Source: Chloroflexota bacterium
GTDB lineage: Bacteria > Chloroflexota > UBA11872
NCBI GenBank assembly: GCA_965198285.1
Contig: OZ240251.1
Location: 821,752 to 885,751, forward strand
Length of the DNA stretch: 64,000 bases
Direction of reading: 5' to 3'
Part shown: one piece after another, positions 9,255 through 19,007 of the stretch
Layout of the letters: every line of letters starts with the position of its first letter
Position numbering within the stretch: position 1 is the stretch's first letter
Position numbers and translations under genes: made by a program
Notes under the pieces: model-generated
What the model saw: the letters and a program-made list of their open reading frames with translations, nothing else
Databases searched by the model: none
Told to the model about the DNA's origin: nothing

Positions 9255-9701
9255 CACGTGCTCCTGTCGTGTCTCCAGTCGGCGTCCGCCCTGGGCCGGC
9301 CTCCGCTCCCCGACCGGTAGTCCATCACGAAGTCGATCTGTTTGGGAGGGGATAGCGCTCTCCACGCCAATTGGCGACCCCTGAATCGAGGAAGTTGCGA
9401 TGGCTTGACCAAGTCGCGCTACCATTATTGGGCTAGGAACCAACTAATGGTCCTACCCTCTCATGATGTAACATGGCAGCCATAGAGTCGTGTTCTGGCC
9501 AACGCCGAACGAGCTCCAACACCGCAGCTAATCTACCTTGGATACGTAAATCCGGATTGTTGCGTCGGCGAACCAAACCGTCGGCCTTGATACCTTTGGC
9601 AACCCATCGACTCTCACTTTAAGTGCTTGTGACGATCAGAACTAACGTGTGCTTTTCGCGCCGACCGACATCTCATAATCTGGCCCATATTCCAGCCAAC
9701 C

Positions 9702-10301
9702 CTATCTGGGAATAGTCGACTGGCCGACCTGCTGCTCGCCCTCGTGTTCGGAGTTTAAAGACTGTAGAAATCTAGTGACCGGCAAGATACTTTCTTGGCC
9801 GACATCCCAGCCAAGTTTCTCGGCACGCGAACAGATTGTGTCTGCCGTTAGAGGTTGCGGATCAGCGTCAAGAACATAGGAAACCTTCGCAGCTAACGAA
9901 AGCTGATTGTAATCTAAATCTCCTGACGAAGTAATTCGGCTAGCGGCTTGCCCAATCTTCGTCGCCGAATTCGTGTTTTTCTCGTTAAGGGTACAAGCGA
10001 GAGAGGCACCCTCGTTCGTAAGACTGTAGTCATACCGAATGCGACCATCGTGAGACGACTTACCAGAGTCGAATCTGATTTCATCCTCTTTAACAAAACC
10101 GAGTTGGACAAGCAAGCTTATCGCAGAGTCTATCTCCGGAGCGAATGGTCCGTAAAAATGCGGTCTGAACGAACAGTAATTTTGGCCGACGATTTTCTGT
10201 ACAAAGTACGCTCGCTTTTGAAGAAGCGTGCGCCCTTCAATCTTCCGATTCCAATTTTCAAGGAGAAGCAGTAAAAACTCAGCGGTGCTCAACTCCATCA
10301 A
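9702..10301 (-). CDS. Panacea (DUF4065, SocA/GepA-like) domain protein - putative antitoxin-like partner
   Basis: 199 aa in low-GC DNA. TLLQKRAYFVQKIVGQ...FRPHFYGPFAPEI resembles the LQKLLYYAQ / W.YGPV.PEVY core of DUF4065 (recalled consensus). ATGA overlap with the upstream HD gene. Confidence 0.5.
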   Translation of the reverse strand: MMELSTAEFLLLLLENWNRKIEGRTLLQKRAYFVQKIVGQNYCSFRPHFYGPFAPEIDSAISLLVQLGFVKEDEIRFDSGKSSHDGRIRYDYSLTNEGASLACTLNEKNTNSATKIGQAASRITSSGDLDYNQLSLAAKVSYVLDADPQPLTADTICSRAEKLGWDVGQESILPVTRFLQSLNSEHEGEQQVGQSTIPR

Positions 10302-11696
10302 CTAGCCTCCTGAGTATCCTGCCTCGCACCGAGGACATCGTCCATTATACCCTCAATCTCCTCCTGCAGGCCAATTCTTCCTGCGTCCGAATCGTAGGCA
10401 GCGTCAAGATTGTCCGTTGGGGCGTAGATGGATACAAACTCGCGTGCAAGGGATCTACTGAGTGATTGAAATATCATTGATTCATCGCGAAACTCGGTGG
10501 GGGCAGAACCAGCGTGAATGACCAGGAGATTGCCCTCGTCATTCGATTCGGATTTCTTCAGTCCCCAATTGAGCGAGTGCTTTGAAAAGATTACATCATC
10601 CGGTTCAATTGAAATGGCCCTTGCCACAGCTTGCTCCACTCGACGCTTGAGCTGAGCATTGATTTGCGATGTTAGTGCAGTTCGTGACTTAGCGGGCATC
10701 GCATCAAGCTTTCGATGGAAGATTCGCTTAAATAGCCTTCTTTGCTTGAGTCTGGTCATCAGGCGAGAGAACTTTGTCGTGTCTTCTGCATCTTCAGCAT
10801 ACTGAAGCAGGCGAAGGTCATCCCACATAGATAGTTCAATTGCATAGTCCATGGAATCTCTGAAAGTGAACGCGTCTTGGATTGGTTTGAGTTCGTCGTG
10901 AGTTACAGCGAGAAGAAGGGCTCTGATTAACATATGATCCGTGCACAGCCGCACGGGATGAGAATATACCTGAGCGTGCATATAATACCGTGCCTGTACG
11001 AATTGCTCAGTAGCTTCAATCCCACCCGAGCTGATCCCCAAGTATGACTCTTGGCTCTCGGGATACCGGCGAATCGTGCGATGCAGGCGGTCGATATCAT
11101 ACTGCCCATACTTTACGCCGCAAAAGTGTGCATCGCGGAGGAGATAGTCTTGCTTGTCGGCGTCTATCGGTCCTGTAATTGCTTGCGAAAGAAGGTGGTT
11201 GGTCGTTCTCTTAGTGAGCACGTGAGATATCTCTTGGAGTTCATGGGGCGAAATATGATTGGATAGTGAGCTGTCTTCTTCAATGAGATCAGAGAGCAAT
11301 CTTCTCGTGCGCATCATCGGGAATCGAAGTTCCTGAGAGGGTTTCCGAGATCTCCAGCAAGGCTTGTTCCGCGAGATGCGAGAACGGGCCGTGGCCGATG
11401 TCGTGAAGTATGGCGACAAGACCGAGCAAGCGGCGTTCATCGTCGTTCATGTTTGTGGCGGCGGCAATACGTGACGCGATATGGGCGACTCCGAGTGTGT
11501 GATCGAAGCGAGTGTGAGTAGCGCCAGGGTAGACGAGGGACGTAAAGGCAAGCTGGCGAATACGGCGGAGTCGCTGCAAAAGGGGTGTATCGATGATGCG
11601 CCACTGCAAAGGTTCGAGGTGTATATAGCCGTGTACTGGATCGCGAACGTCGTTGGGTGGCAAGTTTGCCCATCGCTGTATTATTGTGATGCTCAT
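10298..11696 (-). pseudogene. SAMHD1/dGTPase-like HD-domain dNTP triphosphohydrolase, interrupted by a +1 frameshift near 11290-11330
   Basis: N-terminal ORF (11696..11289) has DPVHGYIHLEP...LLQRLRRIRQLA...THTRFDHTLGV...LHDIGHGPFSH. The downstream frame (..10298) has ITGPIDADKQDYLLRDAHFCGV. Both are SAMHD1 signature blocks, but they sit in two frames that overlap by about 40 nt. Confidence 0.75.
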
Positions 11697-12054
11697 GGTA
11701 ATGTAACACGTCGGTGTTTGGCTGGGGTTTCGCGTGATAGATTGACCTCGTGGGATGTTGATGCGGGTGCCTCTGGTAACGGGTGGAGACGCGATTGCAA
11801 CTTCGCCGACAGACTCAGCGCCTCCCTGAGCGGTGATCGTGAGATGAAATCTGAAGCAGCGAAGTGTCGTTCGTTACGTCTCGGGACGGCTCGAAACTCA
11901 TCTTTCCTAGGATGAAGTCGCTAGAGTTGGCTGCCACCATGCGGCTCCCAGCGTCCAATTGCTGCTTAAGGCACCACTCATCAATAGCCCACTCTGCTAC
12001 CGTGCCCCGCTAGAAAAACCTCGGCGCCGGGCTCACGACGCCGACGAACGGGAG

Positions 12055-13569
12055 ATGAGGTCCGCCGTGGCAAACGTGATTCATGAGCCGGCGCGTGAGG
12101 TGCCGGTGTTGCATGACACTGACGTGTTGGTGGCGGGGGCGGGGATTTCGGGGCTGTTCGCGGCGCTGGAGGCTGCCGCGGCAGGCGCGCGGACCACGCT
12201 GGTGGACGAGTATTCGGCCGTCGGCGGCAACTATGGCCCGGGTCTGGGCTCGCGCCATGACCTGTGGCAGGCCCCGCAGCAACACGACCGTGGGCTGGGC
12301 GGCCAGGTGGGCGACTTCCTGGATCGGCTGGATGCGCGCGGCGGCATCAAGACCTTCGACTTCATCAGCGGCGGCGACAACGTGCCGTGGCGTTGGGATG
12401 GCATGGCCCACATTCCCGTCATTGACCGCAATGAGTTTCAGCGGCTGGCCCTGCAGCGTCTGCGAGACCTGGACATCGCCCTGCTGCTTTCCACCACCGT
12501 GGCCGGAGCGATTGTGGAGGACGCCCAGGTCGGCGGCGTGGTTTTCGAAACCGGCGAAGGCCGGCGCGCAATTACGGCCAAGGTCGTCATTGACACCACC
12601 GGCGAAGCCGACGTGGCCGCCGCGGCCGGCGCCCAGACCGAGGATGCCCACGCCAGCGCCGAGGCTGGGTTCGGTCTGTTCTTCCGAGTAGAGGACGTGA
12701 ACTGGGAGGTCTACGAGGAGTTTCGCGCGGCCGAACGCGACAAGCCGCTGACCGCCGAGGAACAGCACTGGGTGGACGAGGTGCTATTCGTCGCCTTGGA
12801 GCGAGTCTGGGCCAACTACCCCCGCGAAATCCTGCCCTTCATCATGTCCGATTGGGAGTCCGGCCGCTTCAAGTACGTGGCCGCCATTCCAGGAGGCGCC
12901 CACGCCTACAAGATTCCGTTTGCCACGCACGACCAGGACGTGACCACCATTGAGACGCGTTGGCCGGCCCGCACCTTATCGGCGTTGAACGCCATGCAGC
13001 ACTCCACCATAGAGGCCGCGGCCCGGCTGCACGCCTACGACACCATCGACTTCTACAGCCGCCACGTGCCCGGGTTCCAGAACGCCCGCGTCAGCCAGCT
13101 GGCGCCCTACATGGGCACGCGCTGGAGCCGCACGATCGTGCCCGACTACACCCTCAGCCGCGATGACATCGTTGGCGAGCGAAAGTTCGACGATGTCGTC
13201 CACGTCCTGACCACGCTCTACCGCTACGACGACGAAGCGCAGAGCGGCGGCCGCACCCGCCAGCTCGTCAACCTGCGGGAGCGCGAAGAGGGCCACCACT
13301 TCGACATGCCGCTGGGCCAGTTCCTGCCGCAGGGCGTGGAGGGCATGCTGGCGGCGGGACGCTCCATTGGCCGGGACCGCACGGCCAGCCTGCGCTGGCG
13401 CTGGATCGCCAAGGTCACGGGCGGCGTTGCCGGAATGGCGGCGGCTCGGGCCGTGGCCGAAGACGTAGCGCCGCGCTACGTTGACATCCGCGCGTTGCAG
13501 CGCGCCCTGGTTGCGGCCGGCTACTACTTGGGCGAGCCGCGGCGCCTGGCGGACCTGGGCGTCGCTTAA
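12055..13569 (+). CDS. FAD-dependent oxidoreductase (FAD_oxidored/HI0933-like family)
   Basis: Dinucleotide-binding motif VLVAGAGISGLFAALEAAAAGARTTLVDE near the N-terminus. Start chosen at MRSAVAN (the track ORF begins 32 codons earlier in low-GC DNA). Confidence 0.7.
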   Translation: MRSAVANVIHEPAREVPVLHDTDVLVAGAGISGLFAALEAAAAGARTTLVDEYSAVGGNYGPGLGSRHDLWQAPQQHDRGLGGQVGDFLDRLDARGGIKTFDFISGGDNVPWRWDGMAHIPVIDRNEFQRLALQRLRDLDIALLLSTTVAGAIVEDAQVGGVVFETGEGRRAITAKVVIDTTGEADVAAAAGAQTEDAHASAEAGFGLFFRVEDVNWEVYEEFRAAERDKPLTAEEQHWVDEVLFVALERVWANYPREILPFIMSDWESGRFKYVAAIPGGAHAYKIPFATHDQDVTTIETRWPARTLSALNAMQHSTIEAAARLHAYDTIDFYSRHVPGFQNARVSQLAPYMGTRWSRTIVPDYTLSRDDIVGERKFDDVVHVLTTLYRYDDEAQSGGRTRQLVNLREREEGHHFDMPLGQFLPQGVEGMLAAGRSIGRDRTASLRWRWIAKVTGGVAGMAAARAVAEDVAPRYVDIRALQRALVAAGYYLGEPRRLADLGVA

Positions 13570-13572
13570 AGC

Positions 13573-13601
13573 CCGAAGCGCCGGTAAACCCGGCGCTTCG
13601 G
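13573..13601. terminator. bidirectional intrinsic-terminator-like hairpin between convergent genes (12-bp perfect stem CCGAAGCGCCGG / CCGGCGCTTCGG, 5-nt loop)
   Basis: Read directly. On the minus-strand transcript the stem is followed by GCUUUAAG. Confidence 0.45.
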
Positions 13602-13643
13602 ATCAGATGCAGGTCGGGTAATCAGCCCGACGGGCGTGGTCGT

Positions 13644-14003
13644 CTAGTAGCGTCCGCCGCCGCCGCCGCCGCCGTAGCCGCCGCCACCGCCGCCGTAGCC
13701 ACCGCCACCACCGCCGTAGCCACCGCCACCACCGCCGTAGCCGCCGCCACCGCCGCGGGGCGCCCGAGGGCGCGCCTTGTTCACCGTGAGCATGCGGCCG
13801 CCCATGTTGTTGCCGTTCATGCCCTCGATCAACGCCTCGGCCTCTTCATCGCTGGCCATCTCGATGAAGCCGAAGCCTCGCGACCGGCCAGTCTCGCGGT
13901 CGATGATGATCGTGCACGACGTGAGCTCGCCGTATTGCGAAGCCTGCTCACGTAGTTCGTCCTCGGTCGTCGTATACGGCAGGTTGCCGACATAGATGTT
14001 CAT
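13644..14003 (-). CDS. RRM-type RNA-binding protein with glycine-rich (GGYGGGG)n tail
   Basis: RNP2 IYVGNL and RNP1 RGFGFIEM motifs. The C-terminus is 5x GGGGYGG. Start at MNIYVGNLP (14003), not the track's upstream M. Confidence 0.85.
   Translation of the reverse strand: MNIYVGNLPYTTTEDELREQASQYGELTSCTIIIDRETGRSRGFGFIEMASDEEAEALIEGMNGNNMGGRMLTVNKARPRAPRGGGGGYGGGGGGYGGGGGGYGGGGGGYGGGGGGGRY
13650..13745. repeat. tandem about 21-nt repeats (GCCGCCACCGCCGCCGTAGCC-like) encoding the Gly/Tyr tail of the RRM protein
   Basis: Direct repetition visible in the sequence. Confidence 0.6.
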
Positions 14004-14463
14004 GCAAAAATCGTTCCTGGACGCCGCCGCCGTGGACGTGCGTCCGTCTACACCCGCCAACGTGCGGGAGGTCCAGACCATCCGTCATTCATCAGAACGC
14101 CGCAGTGAACCCAGTGTCGGAAAGGCCAGTTCAGGTATGCCGTTCGAGAGTCGAAAGGCTTGGCGTGAACGAGAAACCTCGCAGACGGCGGCAGACGGAA
14201 GATTCAATACCAGGGCACCGACAGGAGCTTATCACGTAGCGACCCCAGAAAACGTCGCTCCTCAAGAAGACCCGACGGCCTGAGAGATCACGCCAGTCGC
14301 CGGGGACTCGCATCGCCGTGCGGACGCCAACCGGAGTCCAGAGCTCCCGAGACGTTCCAACCCTCGGGCCCGAGCACGATCGCCCTCCACTGGCGACTGA
14401 CTACTGGCCACTGCCCCGTGCGGTAGGGTTCGCGTGCTCAGCAGCCAAAAGAGCGGATCCCCG

Positions 14464-15921
14464 ATGGCGCACCAGCGGCCCAACATCCTGTGGTACTGCA
14501 CCGACCAGCAGCGCTTCGACACCATCGGCGCGCTGGGCAACCCGCACATCCGCACACCGAACCTGGACCGCTTCGTGGCGGAGGGCACGGCCTTCACCCA
14601 CGCGTACTGTCAGAGCCCCATTTGTACGCCCAGCCGCGCCAGCTTTCTGACCGGCATGTATCCCAGCCGGGTGCATAACCCGCGCAACGGCAACGGCTGG
14701 GCGCATCGCGAAGTCGCCGCCAACCTGGTCACCCGCCAACTGGCCGAGGCCGGCTACGACGGCGGCCTGGTTGGCAAGCTGCACCTGGCCGGGGCGTTCA
14801 ACGGACGCGAGCCGCGCGTCAACGACGGTTACCGCTACTTCAAGTACAGCCACGCGCCGCGCAACGACTGGTCGCTCGATCAGCATGATTTCGCCGCGTG
14901 GGTTCAGGCCCAGGGCGTCGATCCCAACTCGGTGCTGCTTCACAACTCCGACCCCCGCCATATCACCGGCGCCCTGATGGAACCCACGCCGCAGCATGAC
15001 AACACGCCGCCCGAGGTACACCAGACGACCTGGGGCACCGAGGCGTCGATTGAGTTCATCAACCAGCCGCGACCGGCGGACCAGCCGTGGTTCCTCAGCG
15101 TGAACGTGTACGACCCGCATCCGCCGTTTAATCCGCCTTGGGAGTACTACCGCCGCTACGACCCGGACGCGCTGCCGGGGCCGCACTTTCGACCGTCGGA
15201 CCTGGAGCACCAGGGCCGACTAACCGCATCCGGCATTGACTTTCAGAGCGAGCCACAACCGCCCGAGGACTTTGAGGGCAACAAGGTTCAGGCCGCCTAC
15301 TACGCCATGATCGAGCAGATCGACGAGCAGTTCGGCCGTCTGCTCGACGCGCTGGAGGCGTCAGGCCAGGCCGACCGCACCATCGTCATCTTCACCAGCG
15401 ACCACGGCGAGTCGGCCGGCGACTACGGTCTCACCCAGAAGGGCTGCCGCTTCTTCGACGGCCTCAGCCGCGTGCCGCTGATCTGGCGCCTGCCTGGCCA
15501 GATTCTGGCCGGTCTGCGTACCGACGCGTTGGTCGAGTTGACCGATATCGCGCCGACGCTGCTGGAGTACGTTGGGTTGCCCGTGCCCGAGGCCATGCAG
15601 GGACGCACGCTGCGGCCCATCCTGTCCGGCGCGGCTCCGCCCGACACGCACCGCGACTTCGTGCGCTGCGAATACCTGGACGCCGTCGACAGGCCTGATC
15701 ACACCTTTGCCACCATGTACCGCGATCGTCGCTGGAAGCTGAACGTCTACCACGGCCACGGCATCGGCGAGCTGTTCGACATGGGAGCCGACCCACACGA
15801 GCACAACAGCCTGTGGGACAGCCCGGACCACCAGGACATCAAGCTGGACCTGATGCAACGCAGCTTCGACGCCACCGTTTTGGCCGCCGATCCCGGCCCT
15901 CCGCGCGTCTTCCCCTACTAG
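14464..15921 (+). CDS. sulfatase (arylsulfatase family, Cys-type)
   Basis: Sulfatase signature CTPSRASFLTGMYP, with NILWYCTDQQRFD and FTSDHGE blocks. Confidence 0.85.
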   Translation: MAHQRPNILWYCTDQQRFDTIGALGNPHIRTPNLDRFVAEGTAFTHAYCQSPICTPSRASFLTGMYPSRVHNPRNGNGWAHREVAANLVTRQLAEAGYDGGLVGKLHLAGAFNGREPRVNDGYRYFKYSHAPRNDWSLDQHDFAAWVQAQGVDPNSVLLHNSDPRHITGALMEPTPQHDNTPPEVHQTTWGTEASIEFINQPRPADQPWFLSVNVYDPHPPFNPPWEYYRRYDPDALPGPHFRPSDLEHQGRLTASGIDFQSEPQPPEDFEGNKVQAAYYAMIEQIDEQFGRLLDALEASGQADRTIVIFTSDHGESAGDYGLTQKGCRFFDGLSRVPLIWRLPGQILAGLRTDALVELTDIAPTLLEYVGLPVPEAMQGRTLRPILSGAAPPDTHRDFVRCEYLDAVDRPDHTFATMYRDRRWKLNVYHGHGIGELFDMGADPHEHNSLWDSPDHQDIKLDLMQRSFDATVLAADPGPPRVFPY

Positions 15922-15951
15922 CGCAACGCCGGCACCGTCGCCGCGGGTTGT

Positions 15952-17268
15952 TCAGCCGCTGGGCAGTTCAGGCCCGGCCGTCACCAGGGTGTAGGCCGGG
16001 TCCGCCATCACGGCGGCGGTGACGTTGCGCACGTCGTCCGCCGTTACAGCGTCGACCAGGTCTGGATACGCGCCCAGGTGATCCAGACCCAGGCCGTAGC
16101 GTTCCATGGTCAGCAGCATGTTGGCGATACCGTCGTTGCGCTCCAGGCGCAGCGGGAGCGAACCGATCAGGGCCTGCTTGCTCAAGCGCAGCTCTTCGTC
16201 GTCGGGCGGGGTCTCAGCCAGCTGCCGCGCTTCGTGCAGGCTGGCTTCGATCGCTCGGTCCACGTTCGCGGGGTTGATCCCGGCCCGCACCGTCCAGGGC
16301 TGACGCGTCAGGCCGGGCACGATGTAGCTCGACGCGTGATAGGCCAGCCCTTGGGTGTCGCGCACATTGGTTCCGATACGCCCGCCCAGCCCCATCTGAC
16401 CAAGGATGAAATTGGCCACGATGGTCGCGTAGTAGGTCGGGTCGGTTCGCCGGATGCCCAGCCAGCCCAGCAGGAACTCGGTCTGGGTCTTGCCCTCGAT
16501 AGTCAGGTCTTCGCGGCGAGGCTCGGCGGGCGCGACCTGAGGCGCGTCGGCCGCCGCCAGCGCTTGCCGCCAGTCGGCCGGCGTCACCGCGTCAGGCTGC
16601 GGCGCCCAGGCGCCGATGGTTTGCTCGGCCAGATCGCGAACGGCCGGCGGATCCACCGCGCCAACCACTGCCATCACCAGCGTGGCGGGCGCGAAGGCGC
16701 GCGCATGGAACGAGCTCAGGTCGTCCGCCTCGAACTGCCGCACGGTTTCCGCATAACCGTCTTCCGGCCAGCCGTTGGGGTTGGCCGGTCCGTAGAGCAG
16801 CTCCCGAAACCGGCGGGCCGCCCGCGAGCCCGGGCTGTCCTCGGCGTGCGCCAGCACGGTCAGCGTCTGATCGCGCACGCGTCCCACTTCGTCTTCGGGA
16901 AACACCGGGTTCGCGAGGACATCGGTCGCCAGCGTCAGCAACAACGCCAGGTCCTCGGCCAGCGCGCGGCCGCCCAGCGCCGCGTACTCGGTGTCGGCGT
17001 GGAACGACAGCGAGGCCCCGACCTGATCCAGCGCTTCGCTGAACTCATAGAACGTGCGGTTCGCGGTGCCGCGGTTCAGGGCGTCGGCCGTCAGGCTGGA
17101 CAGCCCGGCGCTTTCACGGGTCTCCAGCGCCGATCCGCCCGCGTGATACCCGCCGATCGCGACCGACGGCGACGCCGGATTCGGATAGACCAGCAGCGTC
17201 GCGCCGTTTTGCAGCCTATGCCGCGCGACGCTTTCCGCGTTGATCGAGTGGCGGGGGCCGGGCGTCAC
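15952..17268 (-). CDS. M16 family peptidase, non-catalytic (no HxxEH) subunit
   Basis: M16 fold sequence without the zinc motif. 4-nt overlap with the upstream active M16 gene. Confidence 0.8.
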   Translation of the reverse strand: MTPGPRHSINAESVARHRLQNGATLLVYPNPASPSVAIGGYHAGGSALETRESAGLSSLTADALNRGTANRTFYEFSEALDQVGASLSFHADTEYAALGGRALAEDLALLLTLATDVLANPVFPEDEVGRVRDQTLTVLAHAEDSPGSRAARRFRELLYGPANPNGWPEDGYAETVRQFEADDLSSFHARAFAPATLVMAVVGAVDPPAVRDLAEQTIGAWAPQPDAVTPADWRQALAAADAPQVAPAEPRREDLTIEGKTQTEFLLGWLGIRRTDPTYYATIVANFILGQMGLGGRIGTNVRDTQGLAYHASSYIVPGLTRQPWTVRAGINPANVDRAIEASLHEARQLAETPPDDEELRLSKQALIGSLPLRLERNDGIANMLLTMERYGLGLDHLGAYPDLVDAVTADDVRNVTAAVMADPAYTLVTAGPELPSG

Positions 17269-18551
17269 GCCGCCGCGCCGTTGGCCGCCGCCGGCAGGAA
17301 CCAGCCCGTCACCCGCGCCGGCTCACGCAGATAGGTTCGCGCCACACGCTGTACGTCCGCCGGCGTCACCCGGCGCAGATCGTCGGTCAGCGTCTGAGCC
17401 AGCCGCCAGCTTGCGGCCATTTCCAGCATCCCCAGCTGGACGGCCTGCGCCGTGACGCTCTCTAGCGTGATCGCCCGTTTAGCGCGCGTCTGCCGGACCA
17501 CCCGGTCCAGCTCCGCCTCGCTGGGGGCCTCGTCATGCAGCCGCTGGATCTCCTCCTCGACGGCCCGCTCGATCGACTCGGGCGCGCCGCCCGGATGTAG
17601 CACCACCAGAATTCGATGCAGCGAGGGATCGATGTTGACGCCCACGTCCGCGCCGACCGACGCCGCTATGCCGGAGGCGATGAAGCGCTGGTAGAGCCGC
17701 GACGTCCGCAGCGTCCCGCCGCCGCCAAACGGTCCGCTGGGCGGACCGGACAGCAGGGAGTTCAGCACCAGCAGCGGGGCGCAGTCGGCATGCGCGCGTT
17801 CCGGGATGTGGTGGCAGAGCATCAGCACCGGGAATGGACCGGGATGATGCACTTCCACGCGCCGCGCCTCGGCTTGCGGCGGTTCGCGCTCGGCCGGCGA
17901 GGCCGGCGGGCTGCTGGCCGGCAGACCGCCGAAGTGATCATCGATCCGGTTCAGCAGGTCGTCGGTCGCAAAATCGCCAATTGCCGAGATCACCGCGTTG
18001 CTCGGCCCGTAGTGCTGCTGGTAATGCCCGAAGAGGTCGTCCCGCGTCATCGAGCGCAGGTCGGCCTTGCTGCCGATCACCCCGTGGCCGTAGGGATGCA
18101 CGCGAAACGCCTCGGCTTCCACCGCCTCCATCAGCCGAAACATGGGCGAGGCTTCGTGCCCCTCGCGCTCTGAAATGATGACCGTCCGTTCCGCTTCCAC
18201 GTCTTCCGGATCAAACACGGCGTTGAGCATGCGGTCGGACTCAATCTCCATCGCCAGGTCCAAATGCTCGGCTGGCAGCGTTTCGTGGTAAGCCGTGGCG
18301 TCTTCGTACGTGAAGGCGTTGAACGTGCCGCCCACGCCCTCCACCATGCGACCGATGTCCCCAGGGGCCAGGCGCTGGGTACGCTTGAACATCATGTGCT
18401 CGACCCAGTGCGAAGCCCCGCTCATGCCGTGGGGTTCGTCCCGTGCGCCGACGCGGTACCAGACGAAGAAGGCTGCAATGGGGGCGGTGTGCACCTCGCG
18501 GGTTAGCACCGCCAGCCCGTTCGCGAGCGTGTGCTCGCGCACGTCATCCAT
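17265..18551 (-). CDS. M16 family zinc peptidase (pitrilysin-like, active subunit)
   Basis: Inverted zinc motif HWVEH (HxxEH) followed by the M16 downstream Glu region. Confidence 0.85.
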   Translation of the reverse strand: MDDVREHTLANGLAVLTREVHTAPIAAFFVWYRVGARDEPHGMSGASHWVEHMMFKRTQRLAPGDIGRMVEGVGGTFNAFTYEDATAYHETLPAEHLDLAMEIESDRMLNAVFDPEDVEAERTVIISEREGHEASPMFRLMEAVEAEAFRVHPYGHGVIGSKADLRSMTRDDLFGHYQQHYGPSNAVISAIGDFATDDLLNRIDDHFGGLPASSPPASPAEREPPQAEARRVEVHHPGPFPVLMLCHHIPERAHADCAPLLVLNSLLSGPPSGPFGGGGTLRTSRLYQRFIASGIAASVGADVGVNIDPSLHRILVVLHPGGAPESIERAVEEEIQRLHDEAPSEAELDRVVRQTRAKRAITLESVTAQAVQLGMLEMAASWRLAQTLTDDLRRVTPADVQRVARTYLREPARVTGWFLPAAANGAAA

Positions 18552-18605
18552 GCTGGCGCGCGGCTCCCGATCCGAGGGCGCGGGATGCTATCACAGGGGT
18601 TGCAA

Positions 18606-19007
18606 ATGCCCTCGAAGGGTGGTGCAACCGTGGCGAACCTGACGCCGGCCGCCTTTGAGGACGTCGTGATGGAGGCCGTGGCCTCGATTCCCGAGGCGCT
18701 ACGTGCCCGCTTGGCCAACGTGGACGTCCTGGTCGAGCATTGGCCCTCGGCCGCCGACCTGGCAGCCGCCGAAGTGCCCGAGGGCTACACCCTGTTCGGC
18801 CTCTACACCGGCGTACCGCTGACCGAGCGCACCTCCGGTTACAACATGGTGCTGCCCGACCGCATCACCATCTATCGCGGGCCCCTGCTGGCGGCTTTTG
18901 ACGATGTGGCGGAGTTGAAAGCGGAGATTCGGGCGACTGTCATCCACGAGTTCGCCCACTTCTTCGGCCTGTCGGACGCCGACCTCGAGCGGCTGGGAGT
19001 TGCCTAG
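18606..19007 (+). CDS. zincin-like metallopeptidase (DUF1025 family)
   Basis: HEFAHFFG (HExxH) near the C-terminus and a DUF1025-like N-terminus (LTPAAFEDVVMEAVASIPEALRARLANVDVLVE). Start could also be GTG 18630. Confidence 0.6.
   Translation: MPSKGGATVANLTPAAFEDVVMEAVASIPEALRARLANVDVLVEHWPSAADLAAAEVPEGYTLFGLYTGVPLTERTSGYNMVLPDRITIYRGPLLAAFDDVAELKAEIRATVIHEFAHFFGLSDADLERLGVA

Noticed and set aside
8229-9443. 404-aa version of the ABC ATPase, with a 63-codon N-terminal extension
   Set aside because: The extension is low-complexity, runs into the low-GC islet boundary, and precedes a Met (MTNGPAV) positioned as in homologs.
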